Origin: Thermoplasmata archaeon
GTDB lineage: Archaea; Thermoplasmatota; JASEFT01; JBBABA01
Direction: 5' to 3'
Assembly: GCA_041657955.1 (NCBI GenBank)
Contig: JBBABA010000006.1
Span: 64,566 to 128,565 of the forward strand
Length of the DNA: 64,000 nt
Below, piece by piece: positions 8,534 through 18,584 of this stretch. The position numbers and the translations under genes are program-made. Within the stretch, counting starts at the first letter, position 1, and every line of letters starts with the position of its first letter. The notes beneath the pieces were generated by a model. That model was not told the origin of the DNA and made no database searches. It was given only the letters and a program-made list of their open reading frames with translations.

Positions 8534-8813
8534 TAGACGATACAGGGATTTCGAAAATAACGCAAAAAGGCAGGGTAGAACGTGTAAACATACCTATTTT
8601 GAGAGAAAATGCGTTAAAACGGCTAAAAATAGACCGGTTGTTCTAGAGAAGATGCGTAATGGAATTATTGCACTTTTTTGGGTGCCCTCGGAAAATCAGG
8701 AAATAATCGCTCCTTATTCAACGCGCGACCGAGCAGATATGTGTTATAACACATGCTATAGATGAAACACTACGGGGCATCTGCCGATATTTCCATATGC
8801 TCGTTTATACTTT

Positions 8814-9293
8814 TTACACTCTTGCGAAAATCACGGTGGTAGGGCCACCTTGCTTTTCCCAGCACTTCGGGCAATTCGCGACCCAGGTGTATATCTTTGC
8901 CGGTTTCTTCTTCTCGTTATTTTCAACGAAATTTACGAGTTCGTGTATCTCTTTCGTCAATCCCTTAAACTGACCCCGATAGTATTTTGAATAAAGAGTC
9001 GCAGGCTCCCATACTTCGATGTTGGGATCGCCTTTCGGCATTTCCTCTATAGCTATCAGCATATTTGCGGAAAATAAGCCAGTCTCATCGTCAAGCATCA
9101 TATAAGGCGGCTTGAACGTGTAGCCTTTTTCTTTGATTTCATTCATGCCTTTATTGATGGCTTTGCCTATGCCTATCGGCATGTGAAAAAATATTGAGTG
9201 CTTTGTTTTATAGAACGCTCTCGTATCCCAGTTGTGTTTCTTCAGATTCCAGTCTTCCTTGTTTAACTTTGGGCAGCAACAATCGTTTTCCAT
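8814..9293 (-). CDS. Conserved hypothetical protein (CCP...CPKC family, GyrI-like fold suspected)
   Basis: N-terminal CCPK...W, FFHMP, YRGQF and C-terminal W..CPKC pattern. Confidence 0.75.
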   Translation of the reverse strand: MENDCCCPKLNKEDWNLKKHNWDTRAFYKTKHSIFFHMPIGIGKAINKGMNEIKEKGYTFKPPYMMLDDETGLFSANMLIAIEEMPKGDPNIEVWEPATLYSKYYRGQFKGLTKEIHELVNFVENNEKKKPAKIYTWVANCPKCWEKQGGPTTVIFARV

Positions 9294-9676
9294 TTTTCAT
9301 CACCACATTATACTTTATATTCTCCGCTCATGATTCGTGTGTTTAAAAGATTTTTCTTATCTAAAATCGTAAATTTTTATTATTTTTGCATATATGTTGT
9401 TTATTTTAATATATAACGTAATTAACTTAATAATATTATGCAAATGGGCGATATTACATTTTCTAGGCGATGTGCAAGCGAGTATGTTAATAGATATAGT
9501 ATAATTAGTTGATATAATGTCGTTATTAACTTAACAAAAATAAGTATAATGTATTATATAGGGAAAGATATCAGTTTTCGTCCGCTTCACGGCATTTGCG
9601 AATGGAGATGTGGTGCATATTTCACCATGTCAATTTTTGGTTATACTGTTCTAGTTGGGGAGTGGGGGTTGCAACC

Positions 9677-10192
9677 CTACAACGACCGTACATAACCTAC
9701 CTCTGTCTCACCAAGGTAATACAAACTTATCCTATCTCCTGTTTTAATGGTCCCTTTAACCCCACCACTCTTACTTATTCGTATGGTATCATTCACAGAC
9801 ACCATGTTATCGTGGTCGTTATCGAGAAAAGTAATGTTGTAGTCCGATGGTTTATCGGTTATATTTGATAATGGTCCACGGTCCAACGCTGTCCCATTAC
9901 GGAGGATGACATACTCTATATTTGACAGACGCACACAGTCTTTTGGCAACGAAAGCGGGGGAGGCGGCCATACTATTTCACGCACTGTGAGATTCCAGTA
10001 ATTGTCATCTTCTTGTTTAGTAAGCCATATGAACGGGGGGTCAACATGGGAATGTGATGGTGCCATCGGGGTGTACGAAATTACCAATATCGCAACCACA
10101 CTAACCACAATTGCGATGGCTATAATAGAAACCACCAGTAAAACTTTACCGATGGCCGTTTGTGATTTTCTAAATTTTAGAATATATGTCAC
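9677..10192 (-). CDS. Pilin-like membrane-anchored protein
   Basis: Basic N-terminus and hydrophobic helix; FLDNDHDNMVSVNDTIRI resembles the DKDADGKLSPYDSIRI motif of the pilin at 21975. Confidence 0.6.
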   Translation of the reverse strand: MTYILKFRKSQTAIGKVLLVVSIIAIAIVVSVVAILVISYTPMAPSHSHVDPPFIWLTKQEDDNYWNLTVREIVWPPPPLSLPKDCVRLSNIEYVILRNGTALDRGPLSNITDKPSDYNITFLDNDHDNMVSVNDTIRISKSGGVKGTIKTGDRISLYYLGETEVGYVRSL

Positions 10193-10276
10193 CTCCTAGA
10201 AATAAGTATAAGCGGCGTATGAGTTTATATCTTCTATCAAATTGATTCTAATTGAAGTGTGCTGGCCGAGAAAAAC

Positions 10277-10969
10277 TCATAACCTATTATCCGCTTCCTT
10301 CTTTTTTTCATACATGCGATCTTTTACCATGTCGACGATCTTCCAGCCCTTCTCCGACAGCAATACAGATGTGGATATTACGTTCTCCAGCTTTATATCT
10401 TGGCGGGCTAGACCCTTTTTGGACAGGTTTTCTAAAATCTTTGTAACTTCAGGCAGGTCGCTTAACTGGTCTATACCGCACATATACAGTATCTCGACTT
10501 CTTTTTGGGATAATTTGTGTTTGTCGCCTGTTTCTTTGTAGATTACGTTCATCTCGTCTTCCGTGATCTGCCTTGTGCTCTTGTCGAATGCGGCCCCCAT
10601 CTCATATTTTATTATGTTCAGTTCGTTATTTTTTTGCGATGTCTTTCCCCTGGCTGTTGCGATAAGAGCTTCCATCCTGTCCTTTACTTCTGAAGTGCAC
10701 CGTTCTAAGACTTTCCATTTTTCCACTTCGATCCATTTGTTAACGTCGCTTTCCGAGACGGTCTTGTGCTTCTCGAAGTATATGTTCTCTATGAAATAAC
10801 CGTCGGCGGCGTCTGCGATTCTGCAAAAGATTATCCTTGCCTCATAATCATTCTCGGTGTGGACTATTTTCTCTACTCTGCCAAAATATCTCTCGTACTC
10901 CAGGCGGCTGTAGATCTTCTTTTCTTTGCCGTTCCAGTCATGCACGTCTTTCCATGAAATGATCATCAT
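10277..10969 (-). CDS. Hypothetical protein
   Basis: 230-aa charged ORF with an AGGAG RBS, directly downstream of ubiX. Possible C-terminal winged helix. Confidence 0.7.
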   Translation of the reverse strand: MMIISWKDVHDWNGKEKKIYSRLEYERYFGRVEKIVHTENDYEARIIFCRIADAADGYFIENIYFEKHKTVSESDVNKWIEVEKWKVLERCTSEVKDRMEALIATARGKTSQKNNELNIIKYEMGAAFDKSTRQITEDEMNVIYKETGDKHKLSQKEVEILYMCGIDQLSDLPEVTKILENLSKKGLARQDIKLENVISTSVLLSEKGWKIVDMVKDRMYEKKKEADNRL

Positions 10970-10998
10970 TTTACTCCTTGTTTTTTGTTTTGTGTGTT

Positions 10999-11568
10999 TT
11001 ACTTTTTATTTATTGTGCTTTGCCCCCACCGGCGGTAGATATTGTGGTCGATTTCCAGTGCGTCCAGGATTTTGCCGACCGTGAAATTTATTATATCATC
11101 TACGTTTTTCGGTTTTGGGTAGAATGCCGGCATTGCCGGCAGAATCAGCGCGCCAGCCTCGGATAACGCCGTCATGTTTTTGAGTTGAATGGTGCTCAGC
11201 GGCGTCTCTCTCGGCACTATGATCAATTTTCTCCGCTCCTTCAGGCAAACACTTGCTGTTCTGGTAATTAGGTTGTCTGAAATGCCACATGCGATTTTTG
11301 ACAGTGTAGACATCGAACAGGGAGCTATCACCATTGCATCGAATTTAACGCTTCCTGACGCAATAGGCGCGAACAAATCGTCGTTCTCATAAGAATGCTT
11401 TGCAAGTTTCTTGATTTGAATTACGTTTTTTCCAACCTCGTACCCGATTATTTTTTTAGCGTTATCTGAGAGTATGAGATATATATCTGCCATTTTTCTA
11501 AGGTAATTTAATAGCGATACCCCGTAAACAACGCCCGATGCACCAGTAATCCCGACGACAATCTTCAT
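10999..11568 (-). CDS. ubiX: Flavin prenyltransferase
   Basis: GITGASG, APIASGS, PCSMSTL, LKERRKL..VPRETP and PAMPAFY motifs. Confidence 0.96.
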   Translation of the reverse strand: MKIVVGITGASGVVYGVSLLNYLRKMADIYLILSDNAKKIIGYEVGKNVIQIKKLAKHSYENDDLFAPIASGSVKFDAMVIAPCSMSTLSKIACGISDNLITRTASVCLKERRKLIIVPRETPLSTIQLKNMTALSEAGALILPAMPAFYPKPKNVDDIINFTVGKILDALEIDHNIYRRWGQSTINKK

Positions 11569-11671
11569 GCTCTCGTTATGGGTGAGGGGATTTGTGTAAT
11601 TTATACCTATCGGAGAAATTTATAAAAAAAGAAAGAGTTGATAAAAAAAATAAAAAAAAGAAAAAAGGAGA

Positions 11672-14600
11672 TTATTTTCTCCTTCTTCTAGCCAGCAATG
11701 CGACCAGCACGAGAGCTACTGCGAATCCAGCAACCTCGAAGCCTGGCGCGAAACCGGACTCCTTCTTGGCGGCTTTAGCTGTTATGGTGAAGTTCAGTAT
11801 TTCCTGTTCGTTGCCTACTACGATCGTAACCGTGTAGTTGCCTTTGCTGGTATTTGTGGGTACGGAAACCTTGCCGATTATGCTTATTTCCTTACCTGGC
11901 TCAATCGAGATGTCAGTGCTCGTCTTTCCCTCTAAATCTACCCAATCAGACGTGTCTCCGAATGCGGACACTGCTATCGAACCGTTTGCTGTGCCGTTGT
12001 TTCTTATCTTAATCGATATTTCGAAGCTGTCTCCAGGCACTATTTTTGTCGGTATGCCTCCTTTGAACACAACATCAACAAGTTCGAACTTCGGGACTGG
12101 GTGGTTCAATACGATAGTTATGTTGCGATATGCATCGTTCTCTGTTATCGTGGCGTTTGCGGCATTCTTGCCGTCTATCGTAAAGTTCGCTGCGTTTATG
12201 GTTTTAATCTCCCAGCCTACTGGCGATTCTGTTCTTATGTTCATTGTTGCTGATTTTTGTTCGACATTGCCGACTATATTGTGGGTTTCTCCAGCAGGAA
12301 TGCCGGTGTAGGTCAGCTCGATCGTGATTGTTATAGTCACGGCCTTTACTGCGCTGACGTTCATACCCAGCATTGCACTGAAATCGGGGGTTTGCTTCAT
12401 CATAACAGGCAATATGCCGTCAACCATGATCGGCGTCATGTTCGCTGTATTCGTCTCTATTGTAGTCAGGTTCGCCGCAAAGTTGGTTATTTCGTCTTGT
12501 TCAATGATTTCATTTCTGTTGCCTGCCATATCCATAGCCATAGCAATTTGTTGAACGCTTGCCGCGTCCAGTGTTTGCTTTGCGACTATCTTGATGCTGG
12601 TGAAGTCTGCATTCGGGATCAGTGTGTACACCTCGTTTAATGTTTGGGCTTCTTTTTTCTCCTCTGTCGGTGGTGTGACCATCGGTGCTGTCGGGTCGTC
12701 CTTGTAGCCTGTTCCGTAACTCGTTTCATACGATTTATTGCCTTTTCCGTCATTGTATCCGGTAGCATATCCCGCATAATAGCCCTGCTCGAATCCCCGG
12801 GCATATCCGTCTTTTCTGCCTACTTCATAATCCTTAACACCTTCGTTTTTCTCCTGCACGTTCCTGTCAATTGTCATCTTTTCGAAGATGCTTACTTCTT
12901 CATTAGACAGATAGCCGTCGCCGTTGCCTGCCCATTCTACGGAATCTATAATCTTTCTGAGTTCGCTGTACGAATCCACATTAATCTCCTTGCGGATGTC
13001 TATGCCAGTTTGTATCTGTTCTATACTATATGGTGTGTGCATTATTACCGCGTAGACACTTTCAGTTACCGTCCCCAGCGTTGGACTGATAGAGCTTTCG
13101 TTTCGTATCAACATCATGTCCAATGATGACGCTGTCAACGAGTGTGCAAGTATGTCTGCCTTCGAAATTTTGATGCATCTATAATCAAAGACGTACGGCC
13201 TTATTTCCGGTTTTATGCTGTTGATGTCTATCTGCCACCCATTCGGTACAATTAGTACAAAGGTATCGAAGTTCAGGTTTTCACTTGTTGGTGGTGTATT
13301 GTCAGCGAATTGTATCTTTGGATTAGGCATCATGCCTGCTCCCGCCATAAAGTCGAAGAACACGTCGTTGCCATATGGCCCTTCGTTGCCACTCTCGTTT
13401 AATGCCACAACTCTAAAGATTATCTTTGTCTTCTTGAACGGTTCTATCAACATGAAGTTGTGCGTAGCGTTGCTGACGTTGAATACTGCAACAAGAACCC
13501 TATTGCTGACGTCCGCCGGGCTGTAATTGGACATGTATGTATTCATATTCGCATTAATTTCATATAAGTATATGCGATAGCCGCTTATGTTTTGGAACTG
13601 TGTTGGCGGTTGGTTCGGCGGTTGTTGACCGGGTGATACGTTTGTGCTCGTGCCATTTGGTGGCACCATATACGGCATGTATGGCATATCTTTCCATACA
13701 ATATCAAGTGCGTGCCCGTCGAATCTGAATTCTGTCATTTGCGGGGGCAACTGTGCCATAGAACCCGACCACACAAAGTTCACAGGACCTGTGCTTATGT
13801 TCGCCGACCAATTCTCAACAAATTTTGTCTGTATCGGCACGAATTTCTGCGGGAATTCGTATAGTATGATGCTATCAGCCGTTATTATATCGTTGCTAGT
13901 TACGCTTCCGACTGCGCCGATTAACTTGAGTTTAGACTCGACGCGCATAGGCAGACTGCCATCCACGAGCATTTTCATCCCTGGCATCTCGTTTTGGGAC
14001 GATGTGTCAGATTGTGATTGTTGAGATTCTCCCGTGGATATTCTGCGCGCTATCTCGGCACTGTATTTCTTAAGTTCTTCATAAGTTATCATGCCGTCCT
14101 TGTTGCCGAAATTGCTGTCTATCTCTCGTCTTACCTCAAGATATGTTTTAGGCACGGGTAATACAAGTGCGTTACCATTCGCCTTGAGATATACGATCCT
14201 CGTATCATTCGTCCCTTCGGAATCCATTATAATATAGAGTTTGCCTTGAACTTGTGTTATGTTCTTCACGCTTTTGTCAGTCGAACGCATTATTGCGAAC
14301 TTGACGCCTGCTGTGTTATGAGTTATCTCTAGAACTCTCTGATCCAGTGACACTGTTCCGAGTTCTGAAGGCACGGTAGTGTTGTCGATAATCCACCCTG
14401 GTGCAGTTATGACAACGATTCCAGAGAATACGGATGTTCCATCACTTTTCATACCTGGATCGAATATAGCAACTACGTATCTATCCCTGTCAGGCATCCT
14501 AAACATAGCTTTTACGCCCACATTTGCCGTAAACGATGTGTTTGAATCTACACTGCCCGATATATTCTGGAATTCGACATCTACACCCATGATCATTGGC

Positions 14601-17101
14601 ATTATTCCGTCAATCTGAATCGGTAATCCTTGGCCATTGCTTGGATTCTGTGATTCTCCAGAACTTGTTGGTTGCTGGCTTGGTTGCGTCTGCCCTGGTT
14701 GCTGTTCGGTTTTCGTTTCATTTTGGTCCTTGAACATCTGCTCTTCAATTCTTGCAACTTCGTTAGCCGTTATGGTGCCATCATTATTTCCAAATGCTAT
14801 ATCGATTATTTTCCTTATATCACTGTAGCTGGTTACACTTGCGCTGTTTGGATCGGTTGCGGCCTTTTGCCTCATCAAGGCGAGCATGTCAAACGTCAGC
14901 AACATTTCCATAGTGTTGTTTGGATATGCTATGATGTAAACTATGTCATTTTCCAGTGTTAGTTTTGGAGTTACGGAAGATTTGTCTGCAATCACCCTAA
15001 AACTAATGTCCTCTTTTGTTTCGTTTGTGTATATAGTATATACAGTATTGGAATAACTTAGCGTTCCAACACCTGGCTTTGAGGTAGAGTCAATAACCCA
15101 GCCGCTTGGTACCGCGACCACTACCGCCTTGAATTTTATATCCTTTTGCGCTTCTGGTCTGAATAGGTACAAAGAGATTTTATGTTCATCAACCGGTTCG
15201 CTGTAATATCTGCCGACGAATTTTATGCCTACCTGTATGGGATCATTGTTCGTAACAGCGGTGTTTACAGCGCCGCTAATGAACGATTTTTGTGTTGTAA
15301 GCTCCGGGAATTTACCGTCTATCATTATCGGGACGCCTTCATTAGATTTTGGTGCAGCCTTATCGCCTTTTGTCATATCAGTTGCAACGAAGTTCTCGAA
15401 ATTCTTAACCTCTACCGCGTCTACAACTCCATTGCCGTTGCCGAAACCAGGCATTGATGCCGTGCCCCTTCGGTCTATGATGCTTCTTAGGTCCGAATAT
15501 GTCTTTATTTCGCCACCAAGTGTTTTTACCGCGTCCATCCCGCTTACGCTCATGTTAAACTCATTAATTCTTATCATTGTGAAATATAGGGTTCCTGCCG
15601 CTTTGGTTATTATCGGAGCTTTGGCGCTTTCATTGTATATTATCACGAATTTGCACGGCCCTTTCAACATGTTTGTGCTGAATGAAACTGTTGTACCATC
15701 ATTTGTCGGTGTGATATTGGCGGGTAACGTTTCTGGTGAAACTCTCCAGCCGTCAGGTGTAGTGTAAACTACGTTAGCAAAAGCTGGACCTTCCCAATTT
15801 GGACCGTAAAATTCTTTCATTAATAACACTGTGTGCCTGTCCAGTGTTGTGTCGATTGGTATCTTACCCGAGAGTATAATGTCCATCGTGATAGCGTCGT
15901 TCGAGCTTATGCTTCCCTCAGCGCCCACAATGTCCACCATTGCTGAAGTCATCTCTGGGAACAAGCTATCCATCATTATTAGGGATTCTTTCTCCTCGTA
16001 ATTCTGTTCTGGGTTATAATCCGGCGTATAATCTTTTTCTTTGTTCACTTTTCCATCATTGTATCCATCTTTATATCCGGTCTTATACCCCTCATCGTAT
16101 CCCGTTCTATAGCCATCATTATAACCGGTATCATATTCGCTGGTATGTTGCTCTATCTGAGAACCTTCGTTGTTTATGAATTTCTCGACTTCTGTTGTTT
16201 CCACCATTCCGTTTTTATTGCCGAATCGCTCGTCAACGATTTTTCTGAACTCGACATCAGATTGGAATCTGCCAGGCATGAAGTTCATCAGTTCCCCTTT
16301 CAATATTAGTTTAAGAACGCCTATTTCTTTCAACGCATAAATCATGATATTGCCAGAATATTTCTCTTCATCGAATGATACAGGCACATTATTGGTTTTG
16401 ATTAGCTTAAAAGTTGGATTAACATTAATCGAAATATTCGTTGGGTCTTCTATAGTAAGGATTGTTTTCTCAGTATTTAATTTCCCAAACTGGAAGTTCA
16501 TTGATGCTGCGTCTATCGTCCAGTTCGCTGGGCAGACAAAAATGAAAGTGTCTATTTTTGGCTCAGTCGGTTGCTGGGAAGGCGGTATCACAACTGATGT
16601 ACCCATCCCTGGAGACGTGGTTGTCGTTGTTCCAGTCGGGGTAGTAGTTTTTTGTACATTCTCGTCCGTCTTCGTCCTTGTTCCCTTGTCTATGTCTACA
16701 CCAACAGTCGTTGAATAGTAAGCGTCGGTCGAAGGCGCCTGCTGTATTTCCTGTTGAACTGCCTTAAAACTTATCGTATGGTTGTTGCCTTCTTTGACAT
16801 CGTATCTTAGCACCTGGACAGAGCGCACGTACACGGGCCGCGTGCTGTTCACGCTACCTTCGGTATTTATTATCTTGAAATCTCCCTGTTCGGCTCTAAT
16901 CGGCCCCATATTGTCTATAAGCATATTTGGAGGGCCGCTCACTGTTTGAATCGTTGTGTCCGTCTGTGTCGGCGTTGTGTTAGTGTTCGATGTTCCGCTG
17001 TTCTCAGCGCCTGTTGTGCTGATGTTGATTATGCTTGCGAAGCAAGTCAAAACCATCAGCAGCCCTAAAAATAATCCCATTATTTTTTTCATAGGTACCA
17101 C
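11672..17101 (-). CDS. Large repetitive cell-surface glycoprotein with a PGF-CTERM sorting signal
   Basis: 1809 aa with a signal peptide and C-terminal PGFE-TM-RRRRK. Six D..GNxDGxIxxxEV-like motifs and two GYxxG tracts. Confidence 0.88.
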   Translation of the reverse strand: MVPMKKIMGLFLGLLMVLTCFASIINISTTGAENSGTSNTNTTPTQTDTTIQTVSGPPNMLIDNMGPIRAEQGDFKIINTEGSVNSTRPVYVRSVQVLRYDVKEGNNHTISFKAVQQEIQQAPSTDAYYSTTVGVDIDKGTRTKTDENVQKTTTPTGTTTTTSPGMGTSVVIPPSQQPTEPKIDTFIFVCPANWTIDAASMNFQFGKLNTEKTILTIEDPTNISINVNPTFKLIKTNNVPVSFDEEKYSGNIMIYALKEIGVLKLILKGELMNFMPGRFQSDVEFRKIVDERFGNKNGMVETTEVEKFINNEGSQIEQHTSEYDTGYNDGYRTGYDEGYKTGYKDGYNDGKVNKEKDYTPDYNPEQNYEEKESLIMMDSLFPEMTSAMVDIVGAEGSISSNDAITMDIILSGKIPIDTTLDRHTVLLMKEFYGPNWEGPAFANVVYTTPDGWRVSPETLPANITPTNDGTTVSFSTNMLKGPCKFVIIYNESAKAPIITKAAGTLYFTMIRINEFNMSVSGMDAVKTLGGEIKTYSDLRSIIDRRGTASMPGFGNGNGVVDAVEVKNFENFVATDMTKGDKAAPKSNEGVPIMIDGKFPELTTQKSFISGAVNTAVTNNDPIQVGIKFVGRYYSEPVDEHKISLYLFRPEAQKDIKFKAVVVAVPSGWVIDSTSKPGVGTLSYSNTVYTIYTNETKEDISFRVIADKSSVTPKLTLENDIVYIIAYPNNTMEMLLTFDMLALMRQKAATDPNSASVTSYSDIRKIIDIAFGNNDGTITANEVARIEEQMFKDQNETKTEQQPGQTQPSQQPTSSGESQNPSNGQGLPIQIDGIMPMIMGVDVEFQNISGSVDSNTSFTANVGVKAMFRMPDRDRYVVAIFDPGMKSDGTSVFSGIVVITAPGWIIDNTTVPSELGTVSLDQRVLEITHNTAGVKFAIMRSTDKSVKNITQVQGKLYIIMDSEGTNDTRIVYLKANGNALVLPVPKTYLEVRREIDSNFGNKDGMITYEELKKYSAEIARRISTGESQQSQSDTSSQNEMPGMKMLVDGSLPMRVESKLKLIGAVGSVTSNDIITADSIILYEFPQKFVPIQTKFVENWSANISTGPVNFVWSGSMAQLPPQMTEFRFDGHALDIVWKDMPYMPYMVPPNGTSTNVSPGQQPPNQPPTQFQNISGYRIYLYEINANMNTYMSNYSPADVSNRVLVAVFNVSNATHNFMLIEPFKKTKIIFRVVALNESGNEGPYGNDVFFDFMAGAGMMPNPKIQFADNTPPTSENLNFDTFVLIVPNGWQIDINSIKPEIRPYVFDYRCIKISKADILAHSLTASSLDMMLIRNESSISPTLGTVTESVYAVIMHTPYSIEQIQTGIDIRKEINVDSYSELRKIIDSVEWAGNGDGYLSNEEVSIFEKMTIDRNVQEKNEGVKDYEVGRKDGYARGFEQGYYAGYATGYNDGKGNKSYETSYGTGYKDDPTAPMVTPPTEEKKEAQTLNEVYTLIPNADFTSIKIVAKQTLDAASVQQIAMAMDMAGNRNEIIEQDEITNFAANLTTIETNTANMTPIMVDGILPVMMKQTPDFSAMLGMNVSAVKAVTITITIELTYTGIPAGETHNIVGNVEQKSATMNIRTESPVGWEIKTINAANFTIDGKNAANATITENDAYRNITIVLNHPVPKFELVDVVFKGGIPTKIVPGDSFEISIKIRNNGTANGSIAVSAFGDTSDWVDLEGKTSTDISIEPGKEISIIGKVSVPTNTSKGNYTVTIVVGNEQEILNFTITAKAAKKESGFAPGFEVAGFAVALVLVALLARRRRK

Positions 17102-17222
17102 TTATGTATGTAAACAAAAGATGCTTCGCTCTATATATATTCTTTGGTAGAGATTTTGACAATCGCTCGTGAATCCAGCATACTGATATCGGATATTGCG
17201 TGTTTTTAAAAATTAAGCGCGT

Positions 17223-18179
17223 TTAATCTACCTTCCTCTCTTGTATTAATTCTAAAATCTTTTCGGGTTCCCGTATCTTTTTAAGTTCGTTTATCCCTAT
17301 AATAGGCGCACCCCCTATACTGTCGTGCTTTATTTTTTCTACGAAAAAGACGGCCTCTTTTTCGGTAATTTTGGAAATGCTTTTTATTATGTGGGCTTTT
17401 TTTATGAGATCTTTGTTATACTTGCCGATGCCCGTGATTATCACGCATTTTTCGTTTTTCGTCAATGCGTTGAACGGACATTTTGCGATTGGTATAACCA
17501 TATAGCCAAGTTGATGTAATTGTGTGAATACGCTCCTCTCTAAGCTGCAGATATTCTCGTTTTCCAATGAAGTGCCATCGTACCAGTCCTCACTGCCTTC
17601 GGCTCTGGAGAGTGGGTTGAGAGGCAGTATAACGTCCTCTCTCACCACTTCTTCGATTTTAGTTGCGACTTCTATCGTTGCTCCCATACCGTCTTCGTAT
17701 AATTGTATTGCTTTTCTGGAAACTCCTATCCTATCTGCGAATTCTCCTAACGATATGGAATTTTTTTCTCTGAACTCCCTCAAAACTTTGCTGTTAATAC
17801 GTGTACATAAACCACCGGGCGCGGCATAAATGAACGGTGGTACACCCTCGATAAAATATTCATACAATGTCTCCCTGGAGAGCATTGTGACACCGTGTCT
17901 TATGTAGAGCACTCCCCCTTCGAGTTTGCCAAAGCAGGAGCGTTCTCCGATCAAAAGTGCCGTGCCGTTCAAAAGTTTGGATAATGTTTTGATTTCTTTA
18001 GCGTTTTCCCTACTAATCGCATCCACGTTCAACAATACCTTAATTATTAAAAGCATGTCGTCCCGCCTTGCGATTACGTCAAAACTAGTAGAACGGATGT
18101 CGCATTGATCCGTACTGTAGAAACCAGACTTACCGATTATGTCCCTAATATCGTCTATAAGTCTATCCCTGTCTATCAA
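17223..18179 (-). CDS. Archaeal HTH transcriptional regulator (COG1395-type)
   Basis: SFDVIARR..LLIIKVLLNVD nuclease-like N-domain, PFIYAAPGG, and HTH SLGEFADRIGVSRKAIQLYEDG. Confidence 0.88.
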   Translation of the reverse strand: MIDRDRLIDDIRDIIGKSGFYSTDQCDIRSTSFDVIARRDDMLLIIKVLLNVDAISRENAKEIKTLSKLLNGTALLIGERSCFGKLEGGVLYIRHGVTMLSRETLYEYFIEGVPPFIYAAPGGLCTRINSKVLREFREKNSISLGEFADRIGVSRKAIQLYEDGMGATIEVATKIEEVVREDVILPLNPLSRAEGSEDWYDGTSLENENICSLERSVFTQLHQLGYMVIPIAKCPFNALTKNEKCVIITGIGKYNKDLIKKAHIIKSISKITEKEAVFFVEKIKHDSIGGAPIIGINELKKIREPEKILELIQERKVD

Positions 18180-18253
18180 AATTCCACTGTGAGATCAATC
18201 TCCTCATCTGTATATAAATTTATTGTCTGGCAACGAATAGTATTATAATAGTA

Positions 18254-18439
18254 TTATTGTTCACTAAACAACTTTCCCTTGTGCCCCCAATTCTCAGCGT
18301 TTAATTCTTCAAAGAGCACATATGTGTATTCTGGCGGTTTCCCAGCAACCTCTTCGAGTGTTTTCGTAAATCTTTTTGTGATTTCTGATTTTTGGTCTTT
18401 TGTAAGTTTTCCGATCGACTTTAACTCTACTATCGGCAT
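18254..18439 (-). CDS. dmpI: 4-oxalocrotonate tautomerase family protein
   Basis: N-terminal catalytic Pro, QK..I...T and ENWG.KG; 61 aa. Confidence 0.88.
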   Translation of the reverse strand: MPIVELKSIGKLTKDQKSEITKRFTKTLEEVAGKPPEYTYVLFEELNAENWGHKGKLFSEQ

Positions 18440-18584
18440 GCTTCACCCCCTTTGAATTTTGTTTTGTAGCTAAAAGTAGAGTATATTTTAGGATATAAAA
18501 CATTGTCTGTTATAATAACTACGATTGTATATGGGGAATCGTTAAAAAGATTTATCCTGTATAAGTGATTCTCGTTATGAAAAT

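Larger units (their letters stand above)
3021..8732. mobile_element. Candidate mobile or invertible accessory segment
   Basis: Bounded by a 17/19 inverted repeat (TCGGTGGGGCGTTGAATAA at 3021-3039 and TTATTCAACGCGCGACCGA at 8714-8732). Contains fic and a serine recombinase. Confidence 0.35.

Noticed and set aside
11838..17150. Many + strand ORFs within the large surface-protein gene, and similar antisense ORFs elsewhere (for example 31447-32175, 35618-36250, 47888-48466, 57753-58397)
   Set aside because: They are antisense to well-supported genes and have no recognisable motifs.
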